Below, in pieces: positions 17,986 to 27,214 of a stretch of DNA of 64,000 nucleotides; positions within the stretch are counted from its first letter, which is position 1; each line of letters starts with the position of its first letter. The stretch comes from Candidatus Aenigmatarchaeota archaeon (GTDB lineage: Archaea; Aenigmatarchaeota; Aenigmatarchaeia; PWEA01; JACQIF01). Made by a program: the position numbers and the translations under genes. The notes under the pieces are model-generated. The model was not told the origin of the DNA, made no database searches, and saw only the letters and a list, made by a program, of their open reading frames with translations. The stretch is from positions 265,018 to 329,017 of the forward strand of contig CP066684.1 in assembly GCA_016432325.1 (NCBI GenBank), in the 5' to 3' direction.

Positions 17986-20598
17986 ATGGAACGCCAAGAA
18001 GTCAGGGCACAGATCAAAACTCTTGTAGAAGACTTCAAGGCAAACTATACTTCATACAAATCCCGCTCCGAAGCTGACATAGAGCAACTTGTGCTACGAC
18101 TCTTCAAGATTCTTGGTTGGACAGACGTCAACGACGTTTTCCAGCAAGTTAAGACGCACCGAGGCGAAAAACGAGGTAGAGCCGACTTCGCCTTCAAAAT
18201 CAATGATAGGACAGTTTTCTTTTTGGAAGTAAAGAAGATGGGCGTACCTTTGGATAAAGAGGCGGATAGACAGGTTATATCGTATGCTCTATCTCAGAGA
18301 ATACCGTTCGCCGTATCGACAAACTTCGAGGAATTAAAGCTCTTTTGTGTTGAAGCGTTCGATAAGAAAGATCAGGTTTTCAGAGTCTTCAGGTACGAAG
18401 ATTACTCGATCAAAGATGATTTGTTTCTTCTGTCGAAGGAGAGTTTCGCTTCGGGTAACACGTTGAAAGAAGCTGAAAGCGAGGGTCGACTGAAGAAGAG
18501 AGTAACCATCGACAAACCGCTTTTGGAAGACCTCATGCATATCCGCAGTCTCGTAGCAGGCGACATAGAAAAAAGTTACCCGGACAAATACGAACTCAAT
18601 GAGCGCGACGAAATAATTCAGAGAATAATAGACCGCTTGATTTTCATACGTCGGTGTGAGGATGTGGGCATGAACCCAGAGGGTCAAACGCTCGAAGAAA
18701 TCAAACATCTTTCAGACGAGAAAGCGTATCCTAAACTGAAACAACTCTTCGCTAAGTATAATGATGTCTACGATAGCGGCTTATTCTCGATTGGCACGGA
18801 TAATGATTGTGATAGAATAACGATCGATGGGTCTATCATTCACAAGCTTGTAGGATACCTCTATGAATCCAAGAACGGTCAGTATATTTACAACTTTGAC
18901 TGGATAGATGCCGACGTACTTGGACAAGTGTACGAACAATATCTCGGTAAAATACTCGCACAAACAAAATCAGGTAAAACGAAACTTAAGGAAGGACAAG
19001 CGCATCGTAAGGAACAGGGAATATACTATACTCCCACCTACATTGTCAATTACATTATTAAGAACACTGTTGGCGCTAAACTAAAAGAGAGGAAAATTAA
19101 CGTGAACGATATTTCGATACTCGATCCTGCTTGTGGGTCTGGATCATTTCTTATCAAGGCATTTGACGAGATGTATAACTATAGACGGGGTAAAGGCGGC
19201 ACGGATCAGCGTAAATTTGATACACAAGGCATTTACTCCATTAAAACCGAAATTCTTAAAAACAATATTTTCGGTGTCGATCTTGACAACAAAGCCGTGG
19301 AAATAGCTAAATTAAATCTACTCTTAAAGGCGGCAGAGAACGGACGCCGATTACCGAAGGAATTAGACGCTCACGTCAAGCGTGGTAATAGTATTATAGA
19401 TGATGAAAAAGTTGTGGGCGCCGATGCGTTCCGTTGGGAGAGTGAATTTACAGATATCGTAAAACAAGGTGGATTTGACATCATTATAGGCAATCCGCCT
19501 TATGGGGCAGAGTTGAAGGAAAACGAAAGGGAATACATTTCTCGGAAATATGAAACCGCGAAATCGTACAAAAATACAGCGCTTGTTTTCATAGAGAAAT
19601 CGATGAATCTATTAAAAGATGGAGGATACTTTGGAATGATTGTACCAAAGTCCTTGGCATATAGCCAAGCGTGGAAACCATGTAGAGACTTCATTAAGAA
19701 GGACATGATTTTGTTAGTTGATGTTAGCAAAGCCTTTGAAGATGTTTTATTGGAACAAGTTATATTCATTATACAAAAGGGCAGTGGCAAAAAGTCCTAC
19801 ATTGTAGAAAACATTGATACCGGCTCTAAATTTACTGTGGACAAATCATTCATAGATAAAATCGATTCCTTGATAGTTCATGACAGTAGAGAAGACTTCG
19901 AAGTGTTCAAACATCTTATGTCCTCTCCATTACAAATGAAGAGTGTTTCCAAAACAAGTCGTGGATTGCCGCTCCAGAAGTTTATAACCAAAAAGAAAAC
20001 ACCATATAAAATATTTCGTGGGGTCAACATTTCCCGCTATCACCTTGGGGATAGTACAGACTTCTTAGAGAAAATCGATGCTACAAATACAAAGGTTAAA
20101 CAGCTTCTTCAACCTAAGATAATTTCACAGAGAATAGTGGCTCATGTAACACGCCCAAAGGACCATATCATAATCATGTCTGCATTGGATGGAGAAGGAC
20201 AGTTAAATGTGGATACTGTAGAAAATACCACTCTAACCGATAAGAAATACAAGCTAGAGACTATTTTGGCTATAATGAACTCCGAATTGATTTCATGGTA
20301 TGCATACAGGTATATCTTCGGTAAAGCCATTAGAACTATGGATTTCGATGATTACTATGTTGGTAAAATACCTCTGCCTCATACATCTAAATCTGTTGAA
20401 ACTGCTCTAACCGAGAAGGTTTCAAGAATAAATGACCTTAACAAAAAAGTTCATCAGTTGGGCGATAAGAAAACGGCCGAGACTGCTAAGCTCGACGAAG
20501 AAGTCAAGAAGACTAATGCGGAGATAGACGAACTCGTCTACAAGATATACGGGGTAACGGACGCCGAGAAGAAGACTATTAAAGAAAGCTTAAATTAA
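17986..20598 (+). CDS. Type IIG (fused REase-MTase-TRD) restriction-modification enzyme, gamma-class N6-adenine methyltransferase
   Basis: 870 aa. HsdR_N-like N-terminus with PD-(D/E)xK (ADFAF...FLEVKK); motif X VLGQVYEQYL; GIYYTPTYIV; motif I ILDPACGSGSFL; motif IV IIGNPPYGAE; ~300-aa C-terminal target-recognition region. ~40% GC. Confidence 0.7.
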   Translation: MERQEVRAQIKTLVEDFKANYTSYKSRSEADIEQLVLRLFKILGWTDVNDVFQQVKTHRGEKRGRADFAFKINDRTVFFLEVKKMGVPLDKEADRQVISYALSQRIPFAVSTNFEELKLFCVEAFDKKDQVFRVFRYEDYSIKDDLFLLSKESFASGNTLKEAESEGRLKKRVTIDKPLLEDLMHIRSLVAGDIEKSYPDKYELNERDEIIQRIIDRLIFIRRCEDVGMNPEGQTLEEIKHLSDEKAYPKLKQLFAKYNDVYDSGLFSIGTDNDCDRITIDGSIIHKLVGYLYESKNGQYIYNFDWIDADVLGQVYEQYLGKILAQTKSGKTKLKEGQAHRKEQGIYYTPTYIVNYIIKNTVGAKLKERKINVNDISILDPACGSGSFLIKAFDEMYNYRRGKGGTDQRKFDTQGIYSIKTEILKNNIFGVDLDNKAVEIAKLNLLLKAAENGRRLPKELDAHVKRGNSIIDDEKVVGADAFRWESEFTDIVKQGGFDIIIGNPPYGAELKENEREYISRKYETAKSYKNTALVFIEKSMNLLKDGGYFGMIVPKSLAYSQAWKPCRDFIKKDMILLVDVSKAFEDVLLEQVIFIIQKGSGKKSYIVENIDTGSKFTVDKSFIDKIDSLIVHDSREDFEVFKHLMSSPLQMKSVSKTSRGLPLQKFITKKKTPYKIFRGVNISRYHLGDSTDFLEKIDATNTKVKQLLQPKIISQRIVAHVTRPKDHIIIMSALDGEGQLNVDTVENTTLTDKKYKLETILAIMNSELISWYAYRYIFGKAIRTMDFDDYYVGKIPLPHTSKSVETALTEKVSRINDLNKKVHQLGDKKTAETAKLDEEVKKTNAEIDELVYKIYGVTDAEKKTIKESLN

Positions 20599-20664
20599 CG
20601 TCTGAGACTTGACCCAATACACCATATGGAAAGGGTTTAATAGCTTTGTCCATTCACATTATAC

Positions 20665-21759
20665 ATGGTCAGGGATAGTCTAGAATTCTTTGATGCTGAC
20701 GGAGAATTTTTAAAAAGAATAGAGTCCGTCAAGTCAATTGGACCTACGCCCCGTAAGGTCATTCTCTTTATCCAAGATTCAGAAATGCCTTTTTTGAAAC
20801 TGATTAAGCAATGGATTCCTGCTAGATATGAAGGCACTATTTGTAAAACAGAAGAATTTGATAGATTCGACGTAGCGGAGCTTACTATAAAAAATAGAGA
20901 TTTAGAAGGCGCTTTATACAAATGTTCTCACTGTGGTCAAGAAATTCCCAAAGAAGAACTTTTTGAATATGGACAAAACATGCAGAACTTACTTGTATTC
21001 CCTAAAAATAGTCCCGTCTTTTTCTTGGTAACAAATAAAGGTTCCCATGAACTGGACGCCGATTTAGGCTTCTTCAAAGCACTTTATCCCTTCGTATCTC
21101 GTGTACGATTCCGTTCGTACCAACTAAAACAAATGCTAGACGTTCTTCCTAATAAAACCGATATAGTTATTTCAGAATACGTTGCTAAACGTTATTATGG
21201 CGAAAAAAAGACAATCGAACTTCACCAAAAGGTGGACGTTGATACGGCATTTCTTCAAGCGGCTAAGGAAAATACCTGGATTGACAGCATTCTTCTGGAA
21301 GTTGATGGAAAGAAAATACGATTGGCGCGAAACGGAAGAATACAATACTATCAGTCGTATCACTTTAGCAACATCTTCAGTCAACTGATTAAACCAATAC
21401 TGCATAACCTAACAGCAAACTATGAAAATGTTCTAAGAAATCGCTCTCGGACAATTGCTAACCCGGCGGCCAAACCTATAGTATTTAAAACGGAAAAACC
21501 AGTTTTTACTTCTCAGAATGCTGGTATCGAACTGATAAAACGACTTGGCCGCCTACGGGGAATAGAAATAGCACAAGTCAATAGCGACGACCAGATGCCG
21601 GAGTTGATGGTAAAAGATTACACGTCTGGAGCAAGCTACTCAATAGACGTCGTAGCCGAGAATATGATAGTTATGACACCACAGACAGGCGTACGAGAAA
21701 TTTCTCTTAATAGAGTCGTGAATAAAATACTAGAAGATTTTGACTGTGAGGTAATCTGA
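20665..21759 (+). CDS. Hypothetical protein (364 aa) with a CxxC pair, AT-rich cassette
   Basis: CSHCGQ motif; ~36% GC; its stop overlaps the next start (TGATG). Confidence 0.4.
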   Translation: MVRDSLEFFDADGEFLKRIESVKSIGPTPRKVILFIQDSEMPFLKLIKQWIPARYEGTICKTEEFDRFDVAELTIKNRDLEGALYKCSHCGQEIPKEELFEYGQNMQNLLVFPKNSPVFFLVTNKGSHELDADLGFFKALYPFVSRVRFRSYQLKQMLDVLPNKTDIVISEYVAKRYYGEKKTIELHQKVDVDTAFLQAAKENTWIDSILLEVDGKKIRLARNGRIQYYQSYHFSNIFSQLIKPILHNLTANYENVLRNRSRTIANPAAKPIVFKTEKPVFTSQNAGIELIKRLGRLRGIEIAQVNSDDQMPELMVKDYTSGASYSIDVVAENMIVMTPQTGVREISLNRVVNKILEDFDCEVI

Positions 21760-22889
21760 TGGTTGCTCCAAAACACACGAAAGATGATGTAGACAGTTAT
21801 CGGGAGGCCGTTTTGGCTAATATTGTTTTTAAAAAGTATTTGAAAGAAATATGGAATGTTGGATACGATCTATATTTCGGTGCTAGACTAGTCTATGATA
21901 AAGACAAACCAGCGGTAACGCCCGATTTGTTTCTTAAAGGTACTTCGAGTAATGATATTGTAGGGGATATTAAACGTTCTTTGCCGTCAAATTTCCCTAA
22001 CAGTTTGGAGTCCAAAAACTATATGGAATGGGCCAGGGGGGAAGGTGGAAAAGGTTTCGTTATGCAGATGTTGGATGTAAGTCTAACACAAAAGTTAAAG
22101 AAATATGATAGCGAATTTCTCAATTGTACGAACCCACATGATATTTTATTTATCCTGCACGAAAGAGCACAGAGAACATACATGCTCTGGAAGAGACATT
22201 TACCGTACATCCCACGAAACAATCTGGTTGGTCTACAATATCATGTTTCTAGAGGGTCTAGCGTCAAAACACTTAATATCGGAATACTAGACGGACAGTT
22301 CTCAGATCAGGGCTTAGGCGAATTCTTCAGAGATAACCCAATAGCTTGGCACTTTAACGAAGAATCCCAGCTAATCGGAGAATACAAAATTGCTGTAGTT
22401 GACGAGGGCCATCAGCCACCAAAAGAATATGTGATGCTCATTCTGTGGCAAAACATTTTTGATGAAATTCTGAGAAACAAATACTCAGAAAGTCTTTTGG
22501 ATAGAGTGAAAATACTAGAACAAGGATTAAATCCAGTTATAGTTGTGGATTTGGATACCATTATAGAATACCTTAGTAAATATTATATATTACCATATTA
22601 TGATACCGCCGACAACTCACAGGACACAAGGAGACAGTTCACGAGAAGCCTTGTAAAAGATGCAATGAACTCATTTACTGAAATTGATATAACCGATGTA
22701 ACGAAGGTAGACGGGGGAACAAATCCCGCGTATAAAATAGTCTATCAACCGCTGTCTAAAGGACAGGATGCCTTGCAAGTCTTAATAGACGCGTTGTCTG
22801 ATGCGGGAATTTTAGAAAAGGAAGTGGTCGATATCCCGAGACAGATTGATCTAACATCATTTACCGATAAAGACAGTGATACTCGATAG
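21759..22889 (+). CDS. Hypothetical protein (376 aa) with an N-terminal PD-(D/E)xK-like nuclease motif
   Basis: TPDLFLKGTSSNDIVGDIKR (PD...D-I-K); translationally coupled to the upstream ORF. Confidence 0.4.
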   Translation: MVAPKHTKDDVDSYREAVLANIVFKKYLKEIWNVGYDLYFGARLVYDKDKPAVTPDLFLKGTSSNDIVGDIKRSLPSNFPNSLESKNYMEWARGEGGKGFVMQMLDVSLTQKLKKYDSEFLNCTNPHDILFILHERAQRTYMLWKRHLPYIPRNNLVGLQYHVSRGSSVKTLNIGILDGQFSDQGLGEFFRDNPIAWHFNEESQLIGEYKIAVVDEGHQPPKEYVMLILWQNIFDEILRNKYSESLLDRVKILEQGLNPVIVVDLDTIIEYLSKYYILPYYDTADNSQDTRRQFTRSLVKDAMNSFTEIDITDVTKVDGGTNPAYKIVYQPLSKGQDALQVLIDALSDAGILEKEVVDIPRQIDLTSFTDKDSDTR

Positions 22890-23275
22890 AGTGTAGAGAG
22901 TTAGAGGAGTAGCCAATTGAAGTCCCAAAAATAAGGTATATAAACATCCTCACCAATCAATTATTCAATATGCTCCCCAGTCTTGTACGCCGGCTCGTCC
23001 GGCGGCAACACTGGGTTATTCTCTCTTTTCCTTGATGCATTCTAAGGCTTCTAGAAGGCTGTGTTTGACGCAACGACTAGACTACGAATTTCGATGTATC
23101 AAACAATTTAGATTTTATTCTAACTCCACCTTCTGCTTCCACCTGGGCCACTCGGTGATTCCCCCTTTCACTCGTAATTCTCCGTGCCTTGGAAATGTTG
23201 GTGGCCTGAACCAGAACCTTTCCTAATCTATGGACGTTAATCCAATCATCACTGTCCACGGGAAAAGTTACTGGG

Positions 23276-23674
23276 TTATTCATCTGTCTCACTCATTTTT
23301 CCTGCTTTTACAAACTTGTCAAAAACTCGTTGTACCTGCTCGCCAGAAAGGGCCAATTCTGTGGAGACAAAAAAGACGGATAGTTTCGTATTACCAGCAC
23401 TCTTTTCTCTCAATATTAGTTGTGTTATCTCCTTTTCTGCTTCCATATCACTTATCCTCCTGTCTTTAGTGATCGATTCGTGCATCCCATGCATTTCATG
23501 TTGCCTTCTCAATGAGACTACCTCTTGGCGAAGGAAATCAACCTCATCCTCAAGACTTCTCAGTCTCTGTTGTTGCGCCCTAAAAACAGGCAGAGGGATG
23601 GATAGACGCTCGAAAACGGTTTGTATAGGCTCGTCTTCTCCAACAATGTCTATTGCACGTCTGATGGTTGCCAT
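23276..23674 (-). CDS. Hypothetical coiled-coil protein (132 aa)
   Basis: AT-rich ORF downstream of the integrase on the same strand. Confidence 0.3.
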   Translation of the reverse strand: MATIRRAIDIVGEDEPIQTVFERLSIPLPVFRAQQQRLRSLEDEVDFLRQEVVSLRRQHEMHGMHESITKDRRISDMEAEKEITQLILREKSAGNTKLSVFFVSTELALSGEQVQRVFDKFVKAGKMSETDE

Positions 23675-23678
23675 ACAT

Positions 23679-23942
23679 TCACCTACTTATCATACTCTTT
23701 ACCTTTTGCAAAAACTCCGGATCTGGTGATTCTATGTGCAGTATTTTGTCTTCAACTTCCTTCTTGTTTTGGTGGCTCATTATCAATGGAATGGGCATGT
23801 TGTTTTTTACCTTTACCAGAACAATGCTCGCTGGCATTATATCTTTATCCATTTGAGATAGATTAGACGCGAATTCTTTATCAAAGAGATCCCCAAGGCC
23901 CACACCATGCAATCGCACGCTCTCTATTTGTTCCATGAACAC
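23679..23942 (-). CDS. Hypothetical protein (87 aa)
   Basis: ORF between the integrase and 23276-23674, same strand. Confidence 0.3.
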   Translation of the reverse strand: MFMEQIESVRLHGVGLGDLFDKEFASNLSQMDKDIMPASIVLVKVKNNMPIPLIMSHQNKKEVEDKILHIESPDPEFLQKVKSMISR

Positions 23943-24048
23943 TCACCGTATATTATTGGTGCTACAGCCACTTAAACTGAAGACGGGGTGGTTTTACATC
24001 ATTCCGAAGTCTTTATTTAAGGCTATGTATCATTGACCATAGTGTTTT

Positions 24049-24065
24049 ATATAACACTGTTATAT
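24049..24065. repeat. 17-bp perfect palindrome ATATAACACTGTTATAT (copy 3 of 4)
   Basis: Overlaps the integrase stop codon at the AT-to-GC compositional break. Confidence 0.6.
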
Positions 24066-25238
24066 TCTCTCCCTCATCCTCTCTTCCATCCTGTCCATGA
24101 GAGCCGTCACGAGCTCCTCGGATATAACGAAGCCCTTGTTGCTTTCCATCGTCTGCGCCTTCGCCTTCTCCGAAATCGGATGGCGGCATCGCACGCACCA
24201 GTTCCTGTCCATAGTATTAGACGTGCCGCAGACGCCGCACTCTTTCGGCCGCAGATGGCCGTTCGTCTCCTCCTTCTTCGGAACGAGGCCGTGAATCCTC
24301 AATATAGCCTCGTCCATCTGCGCACCGCTGAGATGGACATAGATTGCGGCCATCTTTGAAGCGCCGGTCCAACCAAGATAAGCCTTCATCTGCTGTTCGG
24401 TCAGCTCGGTGGCCAGCCGCGTCGCGGCCGTGTGGCGGAAGAGGTGTGGGTGCAGCCTTTTCCGATAGCCGCTGCGCTCCTTGATGCGCCTCAGCAGCGT
24501 TTTGAACGTCGAGTAGCTCATCGGTCTGCCGTAGTCCGTCAGCCACAGCGCGTCGTCGCCGTTTTTCGTCGGGTGGGATTCCAAGTAGGCGGACAGGGCT
24601 GGAATGGAGGAAACGATGCGCACGCGCCGCGGGCCGGTCTTGCCGCGGACGTGGATGACGCCGCCGTACTCGTCGAAGGCGGCGTCCTTGTATCTCATGG
24701 AGAGGAGTTCCCCTATCCGCACGCCGCTCTCCCAGAGGGTCCACAGCATGGCGCGGTCGCGCGCCGAACGCGCGTGACGCAGAAGCAGCCGCAGGTCGTC
24801 CTCGCTCACCAAATCCTCGGGAAGCTTTCTCTTGTTCGAGGGCTCGTTCGTCTTTATCCATCGAACCTCCGGCGGGATTTCCTCGTCGTTGCCACGCAGC
24901 CACTTGAAGAAGCGTTTGATGCACGCCCGCTGATCGACCTTCGTTCGCTCTGTCCAGTCGCGCTTCTCCTGTATGCGGCTGACGAGTTCCATCAGATCGT
25001 CCTTGTCCATCTCATCGAAGTTCTTGTGCGCGAGGCGGCCGATGTTGGTCATGCGGATGGCGTAGAAGACCTGGCGATAGACACTGCCCCCGCCGACGCC
25101 GAACTGCCTTATGAACTTGAGAAGCAACTCCCTGTTGGGCTCTGTTATCCGCCCGTCCGTCCGCAGGCGGCGCATCGCCGACTCAAGGCGGTTGTCTATG
25201 TTGTAGATGTCGTGGACTTCAAGACTCTGCTGCGCCAT
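24060..25238 (-). CDS. int: Tyrosine recombinase / phage-type integrase
   Basis: 392 aa; C-terminal catalytic region HLFRHTAATRLA...LGWTGASKMAAIYVHL with the R..H..R..Y residues. Confidence 0.8.
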   Translation of the reverse strand: MAQQSLEVHDIYNIDNRLESAMRRLRTDGRITEPNRELLLKFIRQFGVGGGSVYRQVFYAIRMTNIGRLAHKNFDEMDKDDLMELVSRIQEKRDWTERTKVDQRACIKRFFKWLRGNDEEIPPEVRWIKTNEPSNKRKLPEDLVSEDDLRLLLRHARSARDRAMLWTLWESGVRIGELLSMRYKDAAFDEYGGVIHVRGKTGPRRVRIVSSIPALSAYLESHPTKNGDDALWLTDYGRPMSYSTFKTLLRRIKERSGYRKRLHPHLFRHTAATRLATELTEQQMKAYLGWTGASKMAAIYVHLSGAQMDEAILRIHGLVPKKEETNGHLRPKECGVCGTSNTMDRNWCVRCRHPISEKAKAQTMESNKGFVISEELVTALMDRMEERMRERI

Positions 25239-25298
25239 AATACATTAACCTCCGCCGGAGTATATAGTTATCGCCGTCGACGCACCATAGAATGAGGT

Positions 25299-25312
25299 TG
25301 GTGCGATGGCCG
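25299..25312 (+). repeat. Candidate att core, right copy
   Basis: TGGTGCGATGGCCG is identical to 12288-12301 and lies 61 bp upstream of the integrase start. Confidence 0.25.
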
Positions 25313-25334
25313 GGATTTTCAAGCACTCCTACGT

Positions 25335-25382
25335 TCGTAGGGGTTAAAGGGGCGCCGAAGTGCCACTTTTTTGAACCCGGGC
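25335..25382 (+). repeat. ~50-nt intergenic repeat, copy A
   Basis: TCGTAGGGGTTAAAGGGGCGCCGAAGTGCCACTTTTTTGAACCCGGGC is ~85% identical to 27787-27840. Confidence 0.5.
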
Positions 25383-25458
25383 TACGACGTTGGCAACGTC
25401 GAGTCCTACCACTAGACTACCATCGCTCGCCCGAGAATATGCCAGTATTGTATTTAAA

Positions 25459-25941
25459 CTATGTACTCGACCAGAACGTGCCGCCCTCGTGCTTCCACTT
25501 CAGATAGTCCTGAAGGATGCGCCAGTGGTCGAAACCGAACTCCTCCTCCTTAAGCGCCGAGGGGTCGTACCATCCTGCGTCAATCGCGTCATCGCCTCCT
25601 TCTGGCTGTCCGGAAATCCACCTGACGACGAATATGGTGGCGATGGTATGCTCCCTTATGTTCCTTTTGGGGTCCGAATAGACCCCCAGCAGGGCCTCAA
25701 TTTTCCCTTTTACGCCCGTCTCTTCCATGAGTTCTCTCAATGTGGCGGCTTCGACGGTCTCGCCTACGTCAACGAAGCCGCCGGGCCACGCCAGCGTGCC
25801 TCTGTAGGGCTCGTTGCCTCTTCTGATGAGCAGGACTTTTCCGTCCTTTTCCACGACGGCGTCCACAGTCGGCTTGGGGTTTTGATGTATCACGAACTTC
25901 CTGCGCTTCGGCCCCTTTATAAACCTATCTCTCTCACTCAC
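25459..25941 (-). CDS. Nudix hydrolase
   Basis: Nudix box GGFVDVGETVEAATLRELMEETG; probable GTG start at 25941. The long upstream extension of the ORF is an artefact. Confidence 0.6.
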   Translation of the reverse strand: MSERDRFIKGPKRRKFVIHQNPKPTVDAVVEKDGKVLLIRRGNEPYRGTLAWPGGFVDVGETVEAATLRELMEETGVKGKIEALLGVYSDPKRNIREHTIATIFVVRWISGQPEGGDDAIDAGWYDPSALKEEEFGFDHWRILQDYLKWKHEGGTFWSST

Positions 25942-25953
25942 GCCGATGAGAAT

Positions 25954-27213
25954 ATGGGATTCAAGAAATTCAACCTGAAAGCCGAGGTGCAGAAAGGAAT
26001 AGAAGAGTGCGGCTTTTCGATACCGACCGAGGTCCAGGACAAGTGCATACCTATGGTACTGCAGGGCAAGGACCTTATTGTCCAATCGAAGACGGGCTCC
26101 GGCAAGACCGCGGCCTTCGGGATTCCGATACTCCACCTCCTCAAGAGCGAGCGTGCGCTCGTGCTCGTGCCGACGCGCGAGCTGGCGCTGCAGGTGGCCG
26201 AAGACATAGAGATACTGGGCAAACACCACCACGTCCGTACAACCGCCGTCTACGGCGGCGAGTCCATAGAGAACCAGATAAGGCGCGCCCACGGCAGGCA
26301 GATAGTCGTCGCCACGCCCGGACGCTTGCTCGACCTCCAGGAACGCAGGGTCATCGACCTGAAGGCCTTCAAGGTTGTCGTTCTGGACGAAGCGGACCGC
26401 ATGCTGGACATGGGCTTCGAGAAGCAGCTCACAGAGATAATGTCTTTGTTGCCGCCACAGCGCCAGACTCTGATGTTCTCCGCGACGATGCCCGAAGGAG
26501 CGCAGCGCATAGCGCGCCGCTACATGAACAGGCCGGAAAACGTGATGCTGACGCCTGACCGCGTTGATACTTCGACGATACGGCAAACATACTATCCATG
26601 CTCACAGAAGACCAAGCTGACGGCTCTCGCCTACGTGCTCACCAAGGAGAAGCCGGAGACGACGCTGATATTTTGCCGGACGAAACGCGACGTCGATTGG
26701 GTGAACGGTGTCTTGTCCGCGTCGGGTTTCAAGTCAATGGCCATCCACGGCGACATGAGCCAATCCCAGCGCCTGCGCGCGATAGAGGCGTTCCGCGGGC
26801 GACACGTCCCGATACTCGTCGCGTCAGACGTCGCCGCGAGGGGTCTGGATATAGAAAACATCAGCCACGTGATAAACTTCAACGTTCCCGAGGAGTCCGA
26901 TACGTACGTACACCGCATAGGTCGTACGGGTCGCATGGGCCGCTCAGGCCGCGCGATAACGTTCGTCACGCCGGAGGACGGCCGCGCGTGGGACGAGATA
27001 CGCAGAAAGATACGAAAGGACATAGCCGAAGAGCGCGTGCCCGCGGATTTCACTTACAATATAGTCGTGCCGAGGCGCGAGTATCACGAGCGCGGTCCCA
27101 GGCGAAGCGGTCCCGGCCGCGGGGGCCCGAGACGCGGCGGACCCGGCGGTCGCAGCAAGAAAGGCTGGGGAGAGCCCGTGCGGTACGTGATTGGAGCTAG
27201 GCCGAGGTACTAA
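25954..27213 (+). CDS. DEAD-box ATP-dependent RNA helicase with an RG-rich C-terminal tail
   Basis: Q-motif; GSGKTAAF; DEAD (VVLDEADRM); SAT; HRIGRTGR; C-terminus RGPRRSGPGRGGPRRGGPGGRS. The start is taken at the internal ATG at 25954. Confidence 0.85.
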   Translation: MGFKKFNLKAEVQKGIEECGFSIPTEVQDKCIPMVLQGKDLIVQSKTGSGKTAAFGIPILHLLKSERALVLVPTRELALQVAEDIEILGKHHHVRTTAVYGGESIENQIRRAHGRQIVVATPGRLLDLQERRVIDLKAFKVVVLDEADRMLDMGFEKQLTEIMSLLPPQRQTLMFSATMPEGAQRIARRYMNRPENVMLTPDRVDTSTIRQTYYPCSQKTKLTALAYVLTKEKPETTLIFCRTKRDVDWVNGVLSASGFKSMAIHGDMSQSQRLRAIEAFRGRHVPILVASDVAARGLDIENISHVINFNVPEESDTYVHRIGRTGRMGRSGRAITFVTPEDGRAWDEIRRKIRKDIAEERVPADFTYNIVVPRREYHERGPRRSGPGRGGPRRGGPGGRSKKGWGEPVRYVIGARPRY

Positions 27214-27214
27214 T

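Larger units (their letters stand above)
12288..25312. mobile_element. Putative integrated plasmid/provirus-like element (integrase, replication ATPase, RHH/wHTH regulators) carrying two AT-rich cassettes; boundaries are approximate
   Basis: An intact tyrosine integrase sits at the right edge. A 14-bp direct repeat TGGTGCGATGGCCG occurs at 12288-12301 and 25299-25312. The gene content is typical of archaeal integrative elements. Composition is mosaic: ~58% GC backbone versus ~38-45% GC cassettes. Confidence 0.5.

Noticed and set aside
12288-25312. Treating the 14-bp direct repeat as definitive att sites
   Set aside because: Exact 14-mer matches are expected several times by chance in 64 kb. 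It is retained only as a low-confidence boundary hint supported by position and composition.
25239-25460. tRNA gene as the integrase target next to int
   Set aside because: Both strands were searched for T-loop (GGTTCRAWTCC) and acceptor pairings. Only partial look-alikes were found (e.g. ...GCACCA), so there is no confident tRNA.
25390-25953. N-terminal 188-codon extension of the DEAD-box helicase ORF (the track gives 607 aa)
   Set aside because: The helicase Q-motif starts right after the internal ATG at 25954. The extension is antisense to the Nudix gene and is a high-GC open-frame artefact.
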